Virus record (IMG/VR): IMGVR_UViG_3300037827_000551
Span: 19,519-83,518 of that record
Length of the DNA stretch: 64,000 nt
Direction: 5' to 3' (one strand)
Origin: a virus
Shown piece by piece: positions 1 to 8,256 of this stretch; position 1 is the stretch's first letter, and every line of letters starts with the position of its first letter. Position numbers and translations under genes: made by a program. Under the pieces are notes generated by a model. That model was not told the DNA's origin, searched no databases, and worked only from the letters and a program-made list of their open reading frames with translations.

Positions 1-22
1 TGGTCCGACTGGAGCAGGGCCA

Positions 23-343
23 ATGGGTCAATCAGGTGTAAGCCCGTCGTCCACGATCAGGGAGGCCGCCGAGCGAGAATTCATGGGACGTGGCGGACCT
101 CCTGTTACGGTTCCTCGGAAACTCGACCAGGCCGAGCATGGCGGATGCACCCCACCAGTGTTGCCGCTCCACGATCACTACGACGACTTAATCAAGGCTC
201 TCGATGATCATATCGAGAGCCTCAAGCGATCCCTAGAGACCCAGGGACGGACTATTGACCTCTTGTCCCAAATCATTGACCGGATGACCCAGCAAGAAGA
301 AAGCGCCGACGATGTGGAGCCGGCGAATAAGAGGAGTTTGTGA
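23..343 (+). CDS. hypothetical protein (may start upstream of the window)
   Basis: ORF with a coiled-coil-like C-terminus; its stop overlaps the next start (GTGA). Confidence 0.5.
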   Translation: MGQSGVSPSSTIREAAEREFMGRGGPPVTVPRKLDQAEHGGCTPPVLPLHDHYDDLIKALDDHIESLKRSLETQGRTIDLLSQIIDRMTQQEESADDVEPANKRSL

Positions 344-675
344 GGGAAATTATCAAATGCCTCAAATGCGGCCATGACATGAACGAAGAAGGGATAAGCT
401 TCAATGGTTATCCTAGATTTGTTTGTGGGAATTGCCACGAAGCAATTGCAATTATGGATGGACCAACCACAAAAGAAGTCACTGAATCCAAGTCGTCGAT
501 TTGGCCTCCGCTCATGTTTTTCGCGGACAGGATGTTTAGCGACGAGGTTCGTGTAATCATGAAGGAAAGCATCCTTCGGGGAATTAACAACGGCTTTTTT
601 ATCATCGATGCCTCGACCGATGTTTTTCAGATGGTCGATGGCAGGTGGTCTCGGATTCGGGAGAAGCCAGAGTGA
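340..675 (+). CDS. hypothetical Zn-ribbon protein
   Basis: CLKC...CGNC motifs; GAGGAG SD upstream. Confidence 0.6.
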   Translation: MREIIKCLKCGHDMNEEGISFNGYPRFVCGNCHEAIAIMDGPTTKEVTESKSSIWPPLMFFADRMFSDEVRVIMKESILRGINNGFFIIDASTDVFQMVDGRWSRIREKPE

Positions 676-796
676 CTATCAATGAAGCCAGGATCACGGC
701 GAAGATTGACCTTCTCTCGAATCTCTTGGTATTCTCTAGGGTTGTGAATCGTTACCAGCAATTGCCATTGCTATTGGTTTATAGCCAGAGTTAACC

Positions 797-1060
797 ATGA
801 TTGACATCGCGATCGAAACGATCATATCTCTCAAGGATGCCGCGAAACGATTTCCACCAGGTCGCGGAGGGCGTCCAACCCATCACTCTACGCTTTGCCG
901 CCTAATTCAAGAGCGCAAACTCGAAGGCATTCGCATGGGAAGCCATTGGTGTACCAGCGTAGAAGCTCTTCAGCGGTACGCAGACCGAGAGACTGCAATA
1001 GCTTTAGGAAACAAACCCGTTAGGCGACCCTACTGGAGTCACAATGAAGACGGTGAATGA
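797..1060 (+). CDS. DUF1580-like / excisionase-like HTH protein
   Basis: ISLKDAAKRFP..RGGRPTHHSTLCR...LEGIRMGSHWCTSVEALQRY resembles planctomycete DUF1580 proteins. Confidence 0.7.
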   Translation: MIDIAIETIISLKDAAKRFPPGRGGRPTHHSTLCRLIQERKLEGIRMGSHWCTSVEALQRYADRETAIALGNKPVRRPYWSHNEDGE

Positions 1061-1247
1061 AGCGATCGCTGCTCTTCGGGAAGCCCAGGAGAAGGCTGAT
1101 ATAGCGAAAGCGGCCCATGATGAGGCCGCTACTATTTTTCGCAAAGCCGGCGAGATATTCGAGACCAAAAAATTCGACTACCGAGAGGCCATGCAGGAGA
1201 TCAAGCGAGCCGAAGATGCGTGTCTTGAAGCCATCAGGTGGAATTGA
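1044..1247 (+). CDS. hypothetical helical protein
   Basis: ORF with GGAG SD, overlapping the previous gene. Confidence 0.55.
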   Translation: MKTVNEAIAALREAQEKADIAKAAHDEAATIFRKAGEIFETKKFDYREAMQEIKRAEDACLEAIRWN

Positions 1248-1260
1248 GAGAGGCTGTCAA

Positions 1261-1614
1261 ATGAAATCACCCCCCACCTACAAGCCACGTTGGATGCCGT
1301 CCGCCAAGGAGGTCAAGGCTGATCGTGACAGCCAATATGATCGTACGCGGCGAGATCGCGAGGCCAAGGCGTTTTATAACTCTCAGGCGTGGAAGGCGTT
1401 GGCGAAGTTAGTGTTGGCCAAGCGTCCCTACTGCGAGTGCGAGGAGTGCACCAAGGCTGAGCTTTACACTCCGGCAACCCTGGTGCACCATGTGCGGGAG
1501 TTGTCAGAGTGCCCGGAACTAGGGTTGAATGAGGAGAACCTACGGAGCTATAGCCAGCGATGTCATTCCAGGGAACACTTCAGGAGGGGAAGGCATCAGT
1601 CTACTCAAGGATGA
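1261..1614 (+). CDS. HNH endonuclease (packaging-associated, HK97 gp74-like)
   Basis: FYNSQAWK..L...RPYCECEEC...ATLVHHV...NLRSYSQRCHSREH; start placed at ATG 1261 after GAGG. Confidence 0.85.
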   Translation: MKSPPTYKPRWMPSAKEVKADRDSQYDRTRRDREAKAFYNSQAWKALAKLVLAKRPYCECEECTKAELYTPATLVHHVRELSECPELGLNEENLRSYSQRCHSREHFRRGRHQSTQG

Positions 1615-1881
1615 AATGGCCTACCACATAAAAGCATGCTTAAGCATGCTTTTATACGTATACATCTCTACGTTTATCAAAGTAATCCATGCACCTACCC
1701 ACATGAACGATCAAACATGTAAGATTAATTAATTTTGAGTGCATGCAAATCCGCACCTGCCATATAAAAGCATGCTTAAGCATGCTTTTATAGTATGTCT
1801 ATACTGGGGTTTCACGACATGTTCCTGCCTTGGGTTTACCACCTCTTTCGATAGGTGCATTCAATAACTCCATGCATGCAC

Positions 1882-2097
1882 CTACGTCACATCCTCGTCT
1901 CTCGTCTCGCCCAACTGCTCGCATGCAATCCTGGCTGCATAGCGGATCGCCGCACTGAAACTAGCTACATCCGGAGCTTCGGCTTCAATGCGGGCTAGTC
2001 GGTCGATCGTATCTTGGTCCAGGGTAATGGTTTTGGTCTGATTGAATCGCGTAGCTCGGCCTTGCTTGGTTCGTTCGGTTGTCACTGTCTCGCTCAT
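1882..2097 (-). CDS. small ribbon-helix-helix-like DNA-binding protein
   Basis: KTITLDQDTIDRLARI...SFSAAIRYAA fits the RHH beta-alpha-alpha pattern; GGAG SD. Confidence 0.6.
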   Translation of the reverse strand: MSETVTTERTKQGRATRFNQTKTITLDQDTIDRLARIEAEAPDVASFSAAIRYAARIACEQLGETRDEDVT

Positions 2098-2169
2098 GGT
2101 CGCACTCCACTGTAAAAGATTTTGGTTTCACCACGAATGCCCTGTCACATAAAAGCATGCTTAAGCATG

Positions 2170-2201
2170 CTTTTATACGTATACATCTCTACGTTTATCA
2201 A
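2170..2201 (-). promoter_or_regulatory. sigma70-like promoter overlapping a palindromic operator (identical copy at 1649-1680)
   Basis: minus strand TTGATA-N18-TATAAA, with the -10 overlapping the 28-bp palindrome. Confidence 0.5.
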
Positions 2202-2651
2202 AGTAATCCGCACATTTATCCACTTGTGCACCCATGCACCTACTATGCACCTATACCAATAAACCATCAAACATATAAGCCAAACAGGATTTGAGTGCAT
2301 GCACATTTGAACCTGCTCTACACCTACGTCAATGCGTGCACTTGGAATGCATCCATGCGAAGCAGTAGAATGCATCCATGCGAAGCCATAGATCAATACC
2401 GGTTTACACGTAATCAGAAATTACCCCAAAATAGCGGAAAATATAGGATTTTAGCGGCCTCTAGATTGCCATGGATTCGATCCATGTATCATGCCTCACC
2501 GGTCGATCGACTAGTCGTTCCGACTCGTCCTAAAGCCCGCTAGCCCTTGGAAGCCACAGGATGCCGCAGGGGAAATCCTTGGCTCGGTATCGATTCCACG
2601 CTGGCTGCGCCATCTCGACGCCTAGTCGCTCATCGTAAGACCGTAAACGCG

Positions 2652-2692
2652 AAAAAGGTCAGCGCCTCGCCTGATGGCGAATCGCTGACCTT
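2652..2692 (-). terminator. Rho-independent terminator ending the leftward cassette
   Basis: AAAAAGGTCAGCG-CC-TCGCC-TGAT-GGCGA-AT-CGCTGACCTT: long stem with U-tract on the minus strand. Confidence 0.8.
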
Positions 2693-2720
2693 AGGGTATG
2701 TTCTGGTGGTGGCCCGTACG

Positions 2721-2978
2721 CTAGGCCGAGGCTTGGACCCGAGTCACTAGCTCAGATCCACATGTCGTCTCGTGCTCGCTCTGAAATTTCCGGACTCGGA
2801 CGGTAACTGGCCAGGACGTACATCTACTTATAGTACACCGGCACTCGCAGCATTGATATACCGTTCTTCGGGCGCCAGTGTGAATTATTCCAACAACATT
2901 TTTTCGTCGCAGGCGAGGATAGGCTATCCGGATAGCCTGCGCTATGGTCATTGGTTCTGATTGGGTGATTGTAGTCAT
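2721..2978 (-). CDS. hypothetical protein (CCEC motif)
   Basis: ORF with GAGGA SD in the leftward cassette. Confidence 0.65.
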   Translation of the reverse strand: MTTITQSEPMTIAQAIRIAYPRLRRKNVVGIIHTGARRTVYQCCECRCTISRCTSWPVTVRVRKFQSEHETTCGSELVTRVQASA

Positions 2979-3014
2979 GGTTTTTCCTCGAGTTTCTTGG
3001 ATTCGCGAAACGAT

Positions 3015-3227
3015 TCAGAAAGCAGCCTGGACACAGCCATGCGACATCTCCTCTTTAGAGTTTCGCTCCACTCTCGGGAGACGTCGAACCGCTCGGCATC
3101 CCCTAGAAAGGGCAGTCCAAGCTCCCCAATGCGCTCGACAATCGGAATAACGTTCGGTAAAATGTCGCCCCGATTCGTCGCGGACCGTGAGGCGGGAAAG
3201 CGCAAAAACTCGGGATTCGAGCGTCAT
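3015..3227 (-). CDS. hypothetical protein
   Basis: ATG after GGAG SD (MTLESRVF...). Confidence 0.55.
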   Translation of the reverse strand: MTLESRVFALSRLTVRDESGRHFTERYSDCRAHWGAWTALSRGCRAVRRLPRVERNSKEEMSHGCVQAAF

Positions 3228-3270
3228 CGTTAGATCTCCAAAAGTGTGATTGGATGCAATGCCACGCCGA

Positions 3271-3630
3271 TCAGCGTGGATACCAATCGTCGTCCAGTGC
3301 AAGCCCTGTCGGCTCAAGCTTCTCGGCCAACTCGTCGGCGTCGCCGACATTGGTCTCAAACCACGCTTCCCAGTCGCCGCTCTCGCGCGCGTTCTCGACA
3401 TCTTCGTCGCTCTCCGTCCCTGTACTGGACGTCGACCAGACAGTCACGGTATGCGGCTGGTTGCCGTAATACTCCCCCTCGCTCCAGCATGGAGACGCTT
3501 CAAGGTCACTGTAAACGTCGCCGTTCGGGGTTACCCGCACGGCGTGCCATCCGGGGCACGTCATGGATTTCAGCAAGGCTTCTCGGATCTCTTCGAGGAT
3601 CTTTTTTTTGCTCACAGTCGCGGTCATCAT
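3271..3630 (-). CDS. acidic hypothetical protein
   Basis: ORF preceded by the repeated leader (CACGAATGGAGAC); D/E-rich C-terminal half. Confidence 0.7.
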   Translation of the reverse strand: MMTATVSKKKILEEIREALLKSMTCPGWHAVRVTPNGDVYSDLEASPCWSEGEYYGNQPHTVTVWSTSSTGTESDEDVENARESGDWEAWFETNVGDADELAEKLEPTGLALDDDWYPR

Positions 3631-3711
3631 GGTCAAGTCTCCATTCGTGGTTCGGTGCGGGTTTGGGATTTTGGTGTGCGGGTAATGTGTTGTCCGTGGC
3701 TCGCCTGGTGG

Positions 3712-3942
3712 TCAGATTCGTTTCCCGGAATTTTGGTCGATCAAAATTCCGGATGGATTGGTTCCTCCGAAAGTCACGATTTCGATGGCTTTCCGGGCCA
3801 ACTCGAAAGTGGGATAGCCGATGCCCCAAAATATCGTAATCCGCCTTTCCGCCCCGCGCGGACCATGGTCGATCTGGTCCGAAAACGGACAGAAAAGACC
3901 ATCGATCACAGCGATTTTCGGTTTCTCGTTTTCGGTCTTCAT
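3712..3942 (-). CDS. hypothetical protein
   Basis: MKTENEKP start after leader CACGAATGGAGACCGAG. Confidence 0.6.
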   Translation of the reverse strand: MKTENEKPKIAVIDGLFCPFSDQIDHGPRGAERRITIFWGIGYPTFELARKAIEIVTFGGTNPSGILIDQNSGKRI

Positions 3943-4003
3943 CTCGGTCTCCATTCGTGGAAGATAGCCATGGCTTGGCCAGGGCTTTTGTTTGTGCCTG
4001 GCT

Positions 4004-4333
4004 TCAATACTCGATCTGATGGTTGTCGTCGAATCCGAGTCCACCTGGCTCATACTCGGGAAGCGCTTCAAGCCGTTTCCACTCGGTGTGGAATTCGGAT
4101 TCGCCACTCGCTCCGCTGTAGGTCGTACACCACGTGTTGTGGCTGGAACCGGGTGAATGATCGTTGGCGAACGTACCCTCCCAGATTTGGCCAAACACTT
4201 CATCAATCACGAACCATTGGCCAGAAAGGCCATCGGGGCTATCGGGTTCCTGATTCCGGTACTCGATTGTATCGATGAGATCGTCTGGAATTTCGGGAAA
4301 ATCCGGTTCGTAGCCCTGAATGGTGGTTGTCAT
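4004..4333 (-). CDS. acidic hypothetical protein
   Basis: GAGGAG SD; D/E-rich. Confidence 0.7.
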   Translation of the reverse strand: MTTTIQGYEPDFPEIPDDLIDTIEYRNQEPDSPDGLSGQWFVIDEVFGQIWEGTFANDHSPGSSHNTWCTTYSGASGESEFHTEWKRLEALPEYEPGGLGFDDNHQIEY

Positions 4334-4409
4334 CGTTTGTACTCCTCGAATTTGTGTGTGTTGATGCGTAAAAAACCGTGAAATAGGCGGAATTAACTCC
4401 GAAAAACCG

Positions 4410-4919
4410 TCAGTTGATCAGGCCGACCTTGCGAGCCATTCGCTCGATTTCGTCAAGGTCGCTGGGGAGCGATTTCCGAAGACCGAAGAACTTCGCATAA
4501 GCATTTGCTTTTTCGATGTATTCGCGAGCCGCGACAAGATAAATATCCTTGTATTTCGTTGTTCGCTTTGCCTTGCCAGCATTCTCCCGAATTTGATCCA
4601 TGTAGTGTCGCCAGTTCCAGTTGTGGTCGTTGGCGGACCGAGGATCGACGTTCGGCACAGTGAACGTCTGCACGTCTAATCCGCAGACTGCGGATTGCGC
4701 GGCCTGAACATGGCATGACGTCGTGACTGAGTAGCGGCGAGAGGTGAAGAGCACGGCGCGCGATTTCTTCGAGGTGTGAAATCGAGCTACTTCTGTCGCG
4801 TAGCTAAGGTAAGAGGGACCGTGAAATGACACGTTTCCAGCGCTGCCCGATTTCTTGGTGGATTGTTGTGCCCATGCATGGGCCACATCGTATCGCGATG
4901 TGATTCGAGCGGTTCTCAT
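4410..4919 (-). CDS. conserved-looking phage early protein (YSxTTSxH motif)
   Basis: SYxTEVA...RYSVTTSCH; ACGGAGAC leader. Confidence 0.7.
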   Translation of the reverse strand: MRTARITSRYDVAHAWAQQSTKKSGSAGNVSFHGPSYLSYATEVARFHTSKKSRAVLFTSRRYSVTTSCHVQAAQSAVCGLDVQTFTVPNVDPRSANDHNWNWRHYMDQIRENAGKAKRTTKYKDIYLVAAREYIEKANAYAKFFGLRKSLPSDLDEIERMARKVGLIN

Positions 4920-4991
4920 GGTTCATGTCTCCGTGTGTTGATGGGTGAAAAAGCCTGAAAATAACCCTGAAATAGCGGAAATAAACTCGAA

Positions 4992-5702
4992 TTAGCTGGG
5001 AAAGATTTCGAGTTTACCGTTGTCATTGGGAAGGATCGTGGTCTCGCCGAAAGCTTTGGACGCGGCGGTCAGCCTGGCTGCTCTAGGCTCTACCCAGTCA
5101 CCATCCCAAAAACCGGCTCCGTGACCATTTCGGGTGAGCCAAAAATCATGGCCAGCGCGTTCGCTGTCCGAGAACCTCAGATTAGTCGCGACGCAACCAT
5201 AGCGAATATCGCCAATATTCGCATCAAAGAATGATCTGCATTCGTCTGTAATCAGCTGCATGGCTTCTGGCGTGAAGTCGTCGGTGGAGTAATAATCATC
5301 GAGAGCTTCTCCAGTGTCCATATCCACCGACGACCATAGAGCGCAATCGAGGTAAGCTTGCAGGAATTCGTCGAAGTCCGGCTCGAATGTGTCATCATCG
5401 GGCTCAGGGGGTAGCGGATCGTTGGGACGGATTGCGGCATCGCACCCGAAGCGCCCAGCGTAAGATTCGAGGTCTCCCAACAGTTCGGCTTCACTGTGAT
5501 AATGCGGCCCTATCCGTGGCGCTTCTCCGTTAATTCGAGGCGTGCTCAAATCAACAATTCTCCATAGTCCACGAACTTCACATAGGTAACCGAGTTCGAC
5601 GAATCGGGTTTTGCGAACCACGTGCGTGACTCCGAGAAAAAAACGTTGGATGCGAGACCTGAATGACCGACGCAACCGGACAGGGATCTTAGCGATGATC
5701 AT
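4992..5702 (-). CDS. phage protein with GHDFWLTRNGHGAGFWD motif
   Basis: motif I recognise from phage early proteins; GGAG SD; alternative internal GTG start with a duplicated GGAGTCACGCAC leader. Confidence 0.7.
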   Translation of the reverse strand: MIIAKIPVRLRRSFRSRIQRFFLGVTHVVRKTRFVELGYLCEVRGLWRIVDLSTPRINGEAPRIGPHYHSEAELLGDLESYAGRFGCDAAIRPNDPLPPEPDDDTFEPDFDEFLQAYLDCALWSSVDMDTGEALDDYYSTDDFTPEAMQLITDECRSFFDANIGDIRYGCVATNLRFSDSERAGHDFWLTRNGHGAGFWDGDWVEPRAARLTAASKAFGETTILPNDNGKLEIFPS

Positions 5703-5887
5703 GTGCGTGACTCCGTGATCTGGTTGTAGATGTGGTGGCCAGCAACGCGGAAAATCACCATGAGGGTGATTCCACCGACGATAACCGCGATCGTGAATGC
5801 CGGAATCCCGAGCACTCCATTTACACATCCAATAATGACCATCGTTTCGAGAGTCGCTTGGATGATTTGGCGGGTGGCGGCTGTCAT
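5699..5887 (-). CDS. small membrane protein
   Basis: two hydrophobic segments; leader CACGAACGGAGACC. Confidence 0.6.
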   Translation of the reverse strand: MTAATRQIIQATLETMVIIGCVNGVLGIPAFTIAVIVGGITLMVIFRVAGHHIYNQITESRT

Positions 5888-5889
5888 GG

Positions 5890-6105
5890 TTAGGTCTCCG
5901 TTCGTGGTCCGCTCGCGACTTCGACTAAATCCAGCCATTCGGGTGGCGATCCAGCGTTTTTCAGGATCGCGAGGACCAAGCAAGTCTCCGCGTCGGTAAC
6001 ATAAGAGTTCAGGCCGACTGCGGCTTGGCCGGAATCGACATCGGACCGAATTCCGGCCTTCTGAAGTTCCACACGCGCCCAATCGCTGGCAAATCTCGTT
6101 CTCAT
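5890..6105 (-). CDS. hypothetical protein
   Basis: MRTRFASD start after leader CCCCGAACGGAGACCGAG. Confidence 0.6.
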   Translation of the reverse strand: MRTRFASDWARVELQKAGIRSDVDSGQAAVGLNSYVTDAETCLVLAILKNAGSPPEWLDLVEVASGPRTET

Positions 6106-6149
6106 CTCGGTCTCCGTTCGGGGTTCGGGGTTTGGGGTCAAAATGCGGG

Positions 6150-6497
6150 TCAATCCTCGATATCCGAGACCAACCTTCGATGCAGTTCTTTCAGTTCGTC
6201 CTCGACGTCGCCGTTTTCGCAGCAATCTATGATCACCTCCGCGTCGTCGAGGTCCTCACAATCCCAGCCGGTACGGCACCATGTCGTGTCTATGTTCCCG
6301 ATGCCCGGGCAGCGAGCGGTAACGATCGGGCGCTCGTTGGGATCGATCTCAGCCCCCACAGAGTTGCCGATGTGCACGGACCCGTCAGCATAAAGGCCGA
6401 GAACCCATCCCCATGGAGCGGTCAGAAATTGGGCGAGTTCGGCCGGTCCCACGTTGTCTTGGATTAGGTTTTGGATCTCCGTTTTCGTCGCGGTCAT
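6150..6497 (-). CDS. acidic hypothetical protein
   Basis: leader motif; D/E-rich. Confidence 0.7.
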   Translation of the reverse strand: MTATKTEIQNLIQDNVGPAELAQFLTAPWGWVLGLYADGSVHIGNSVGAEIDPNERPIVTARCPGIGNIDTTWCRTGWDCEDLDDAEVIIDCCENGDVEDELKELHRRLVSDIED

Positions 6498-6529
6498 CGT
6501 TCGGTCTCCGTTCGGGGTTTAGGTATGGG

Positions 6530-6802
6530 TCAGGATTCCGTCGGCGTGAACTCCCAATGCCAGTCGATCGGACCGTCCGAACCTGGGGCATCCTCGTCAG
6601 TAAAATCGCCTGACGTGTCGCCCTGGCGAAGCTCCATCTCTATCACGTCGCATGGCTCTGGCGAAAGCACGATATCACCGCAGGCAAACACCTCGCCTTG
6701 AACCGAGTCATCCTCGACATAGAGTCCCAGGTAGATGCGATCATACCCAGGATGGGTCAGGCGGATCGTTCCGTCAGGAATTCGAGTTAGATTGGTGCTC
6801 AT
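6530..6802 (-). CDS. acidic hypothetical protein
   Basis: leader motif variant; D/E-rich. Confidence 0.7.
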   Translation of the reverse strand: MSTNLTRIPDGTIRLTHPGYDRIYLGLYVEDDSVQGEVFACGDIVLSPEPCDVIEMELRQGDTSGDFTDEDAPGSDGPIDWHWEFTPTES

Positions 6803-6832
6803 GATCTGGTCTTCCCTTCGGGGTTCGGGGTT

Positions 6833-7339
6833 TCAGGCTCCAACCTGAATCATTTTTTCAAGGCATTCGAGACAGTTGGCCCGGATCTCGGCGGAGGACG
6901 TGGCGGACTCGGCGTCGCCCTTGGCACACTCGGTGGCGTACCAGGCGGCGCACTTGGCGGCGTACTCGGCGGAATTGGTGGTGTACTCGGCGTACTCGGC
7001 GGACTTGGCGGACTCGGCGGCGTACTTGGCACACTTGGTGGCGTACTTGGTGGCGTACTCGGCGGCGGACTCGGCGGCGGACTCGGCACACTTGGCGTAC
7101 TTGGCGGACTCGGCGGCGTGCTCGGCCGCGTACTCGGCCGCAATTTCCGCTCTTGCAACCATGCACGCCAGATCACACCTTGTCCCGACGATTCGCGGAA
7201 TAAACGGCTTCAAGTCATCGCGGTGATTCGCGAATAATTCCGAGTCGTTGAGCTGAGTTACGTATACCCCGATTACAGGGCATACGCTCCCATCTCCACC
7301 AGCGAGCCGGTCGTCAGTCTGGCTTTTGATCGTCGTCAT
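6833..7339 (-). CDS. Ala-rich repeat protein; chimeric, N-truncated paralog of 63593-64000
   Basis: VCPVIG..QLND..R.DLKPFIPRI.GT followed by A(A/T)(E/K)(Y/S/C) repeats; 91/92 bp identical to 63753-63844 in inverted orientation. Confidence 0.75.
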   Translation of the reverse strand: MTTIKSQTDDRLAGGDGSVCPVIGVYVTQLNDSELFANHRDDLKPFIPRIVGTRCDLACMVARAEIAAEYAAEHAAESAKYAKCAESAAESAAEYATKYATKCAKYAAESAKSAEYAEYTTNSAEYAAKCAAWYATECAKGDAESATSSAEIRANCLECLEKMIQVGA

Positions 7340-7381
7340 CGCGTTCGGTCTCCGTTCGGGGTTCGGGGTTCGTGGTGAGTT

Positions 7382-7594
7382 TCAAAGTCCCAAAAATCCG
7401 TCCTTGAACCGCACTTTGTACTGCGAGCTGATCGCCCGTGCCCGGAAGATCAGGTTTCCCAGGATGACGGCGTGATTGTTGCGATCAGTGGCCGACCGGT
7501 CCGCGTCCTGGGAAACCTGATTCGCGAATTCGATCCGGCTTCTAAGGCTCGCGATGGCTTTCAGTGCGTCGGCCTGGCTTTTGATCGTCGTCAT
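7382..7594 (-). CDS. hypothetical protein
   Basis: first gene after promoter 7638-7666; shares MTTIKSQ start with the next gene. Confidence 0.65.
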   Translation of the reverse strand: MTTIKSQADALKAIASLRSRIEFANQVSQDADRSATDRNNHAVILGNLIFRARAISSQYKVRFKDGFLGL

Positions 7595-7637
7595 CGTTCG
7601 GTCCTTTGTTTGCGGTTTGCGTTTGCCTTACACTTAC

Positions 7638-7666
7638 AATATACCTGGTCTCTATGTATAAGTCAA
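7638..7666 (-). promoter_or_regulatory. strong sigma70-like promoter
   Basis: TTGACT-N17-TATATT with an A/T-rich UP-like element. Confidence 0.75.
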
Positions 7667-7732
7667 CCTCTTTCTCGGGATTTTCGGAAAATAATTTTCG
7701 AGGGTGAAAATGGCCGTCCATGGCCGTTGCGA

Positions 7733-8173
7733 TCAGACCGTGTGAACAAAATGATATTGCGGCCGGACCGAGAGGGTCGCGTCGACCAGCTCGTTCGCCG
7801 CTACGATGCGTGGGTCGAAAGCCTGGACTAGATCGCACCGGCTGAGAAGATGACGATGGCTGGCCATGAGAGCGCTATGGAAGTCATCCAGGGTGCCGGA
7901 GTAGCCTTTCGCGGATAGGGTCGCGAAGACGTCGTTTATCCACGCCTTTGAGCCGCTGGCGAGCGGCGTGGACTGCGTGGCATTCAGGATGATCGCGTCA
8001 CTGAGCTCGCTGATCGACGGATACAAGATCGGGTCTAGGTCGGTGTTTAGATCGTATAATCGCGCCATCGTGTCCTCATACTCGCTGGCCGACATCGTGT
8101 CGCCTTCGCGACGAAGGTAGGAGACCAGGCTAGCCTTCTCGCTTTTCAGGCTTTCGAGTCTCGCGTTCGTCAT
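7733..8173 (-). CDS. hypothetical protein
   Basis: ACGGAGAC leader; first gene of the cassette. Confidence 0.7.
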   Translation of the reverse strand: MTNARLESLKSEKASLVSYLRREGDTMSASEYEDTMARLYDLNTDLDPILYPSISELSDAIILNATQSTPLASGSKAWINDVFATLSAKGYSGTLDDFHSALMASHRHLLSRCDLVQAFDPRIVAANELVDATLSVRPQYHFVHTV

Positions 8174-8227
8174 GTTCTTGTCTCCGTGGTTCGTGCCCAG
8201 TGTGCTTTCTGTGTGCTCTCTACATAC

Positions 8228-8256
8228 AGTATACGCACTCCGAACCGAAAGTCGAC
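8228..8256 (-). promoter_or_regulatory. sigma70-like promoter
   Basis: (G)TCGACT-N16/17-TATACT with A-tract upstream. Confidence 0.6.

Larger units (their letters stand above)
1625..2305. repeat. Direct repeat (~64 bp exact core at 1625-1689 and 2146-2209, degenerate extension) containing a 28-bp perfect palindrome; third palindrome copy at 1763-1792
   Basis: ATAAAAGCATGCTTAAGCATGCTTTTAT at 1628-1655, 1764-1791 and 2149-2176. Confidence 0.95.

Noticed and set aside
1628-2176. Protelomerase (telRL) target palindromes
   Set aside because: No protelomerase or tyrosine recombinase in the window, and three copies rather than one
3725-3752. Hairpin CCGGAATTTTG-N6-CAAAATTCCGG as a terminator
   Set aside because: It lies within the end of a coding region and has no adjacent U-tract on the transcribed strand; function unsupported
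3246-4278. Long plus-strand ORFs (342 aa, 197 aa)
   Set aside because: Antisense shadows of minus-strand genes that have SD/leader motifs; no recognisable domains
6850-7226. Pro/Ser-rich, Arg/Val-rich and antisense ORFs over the Ala repeat
   Set aside because: Alternative frames of a stop-poor tandem repeat; only 6833-7339 has the shared leader and a paralog
6890-7290. Diversity-generating retroelement TR/VR pair with 63750-64000
   Set aside because: No reverse transcriptase in the window, the differences are not adenine-specific, and both copies are coding
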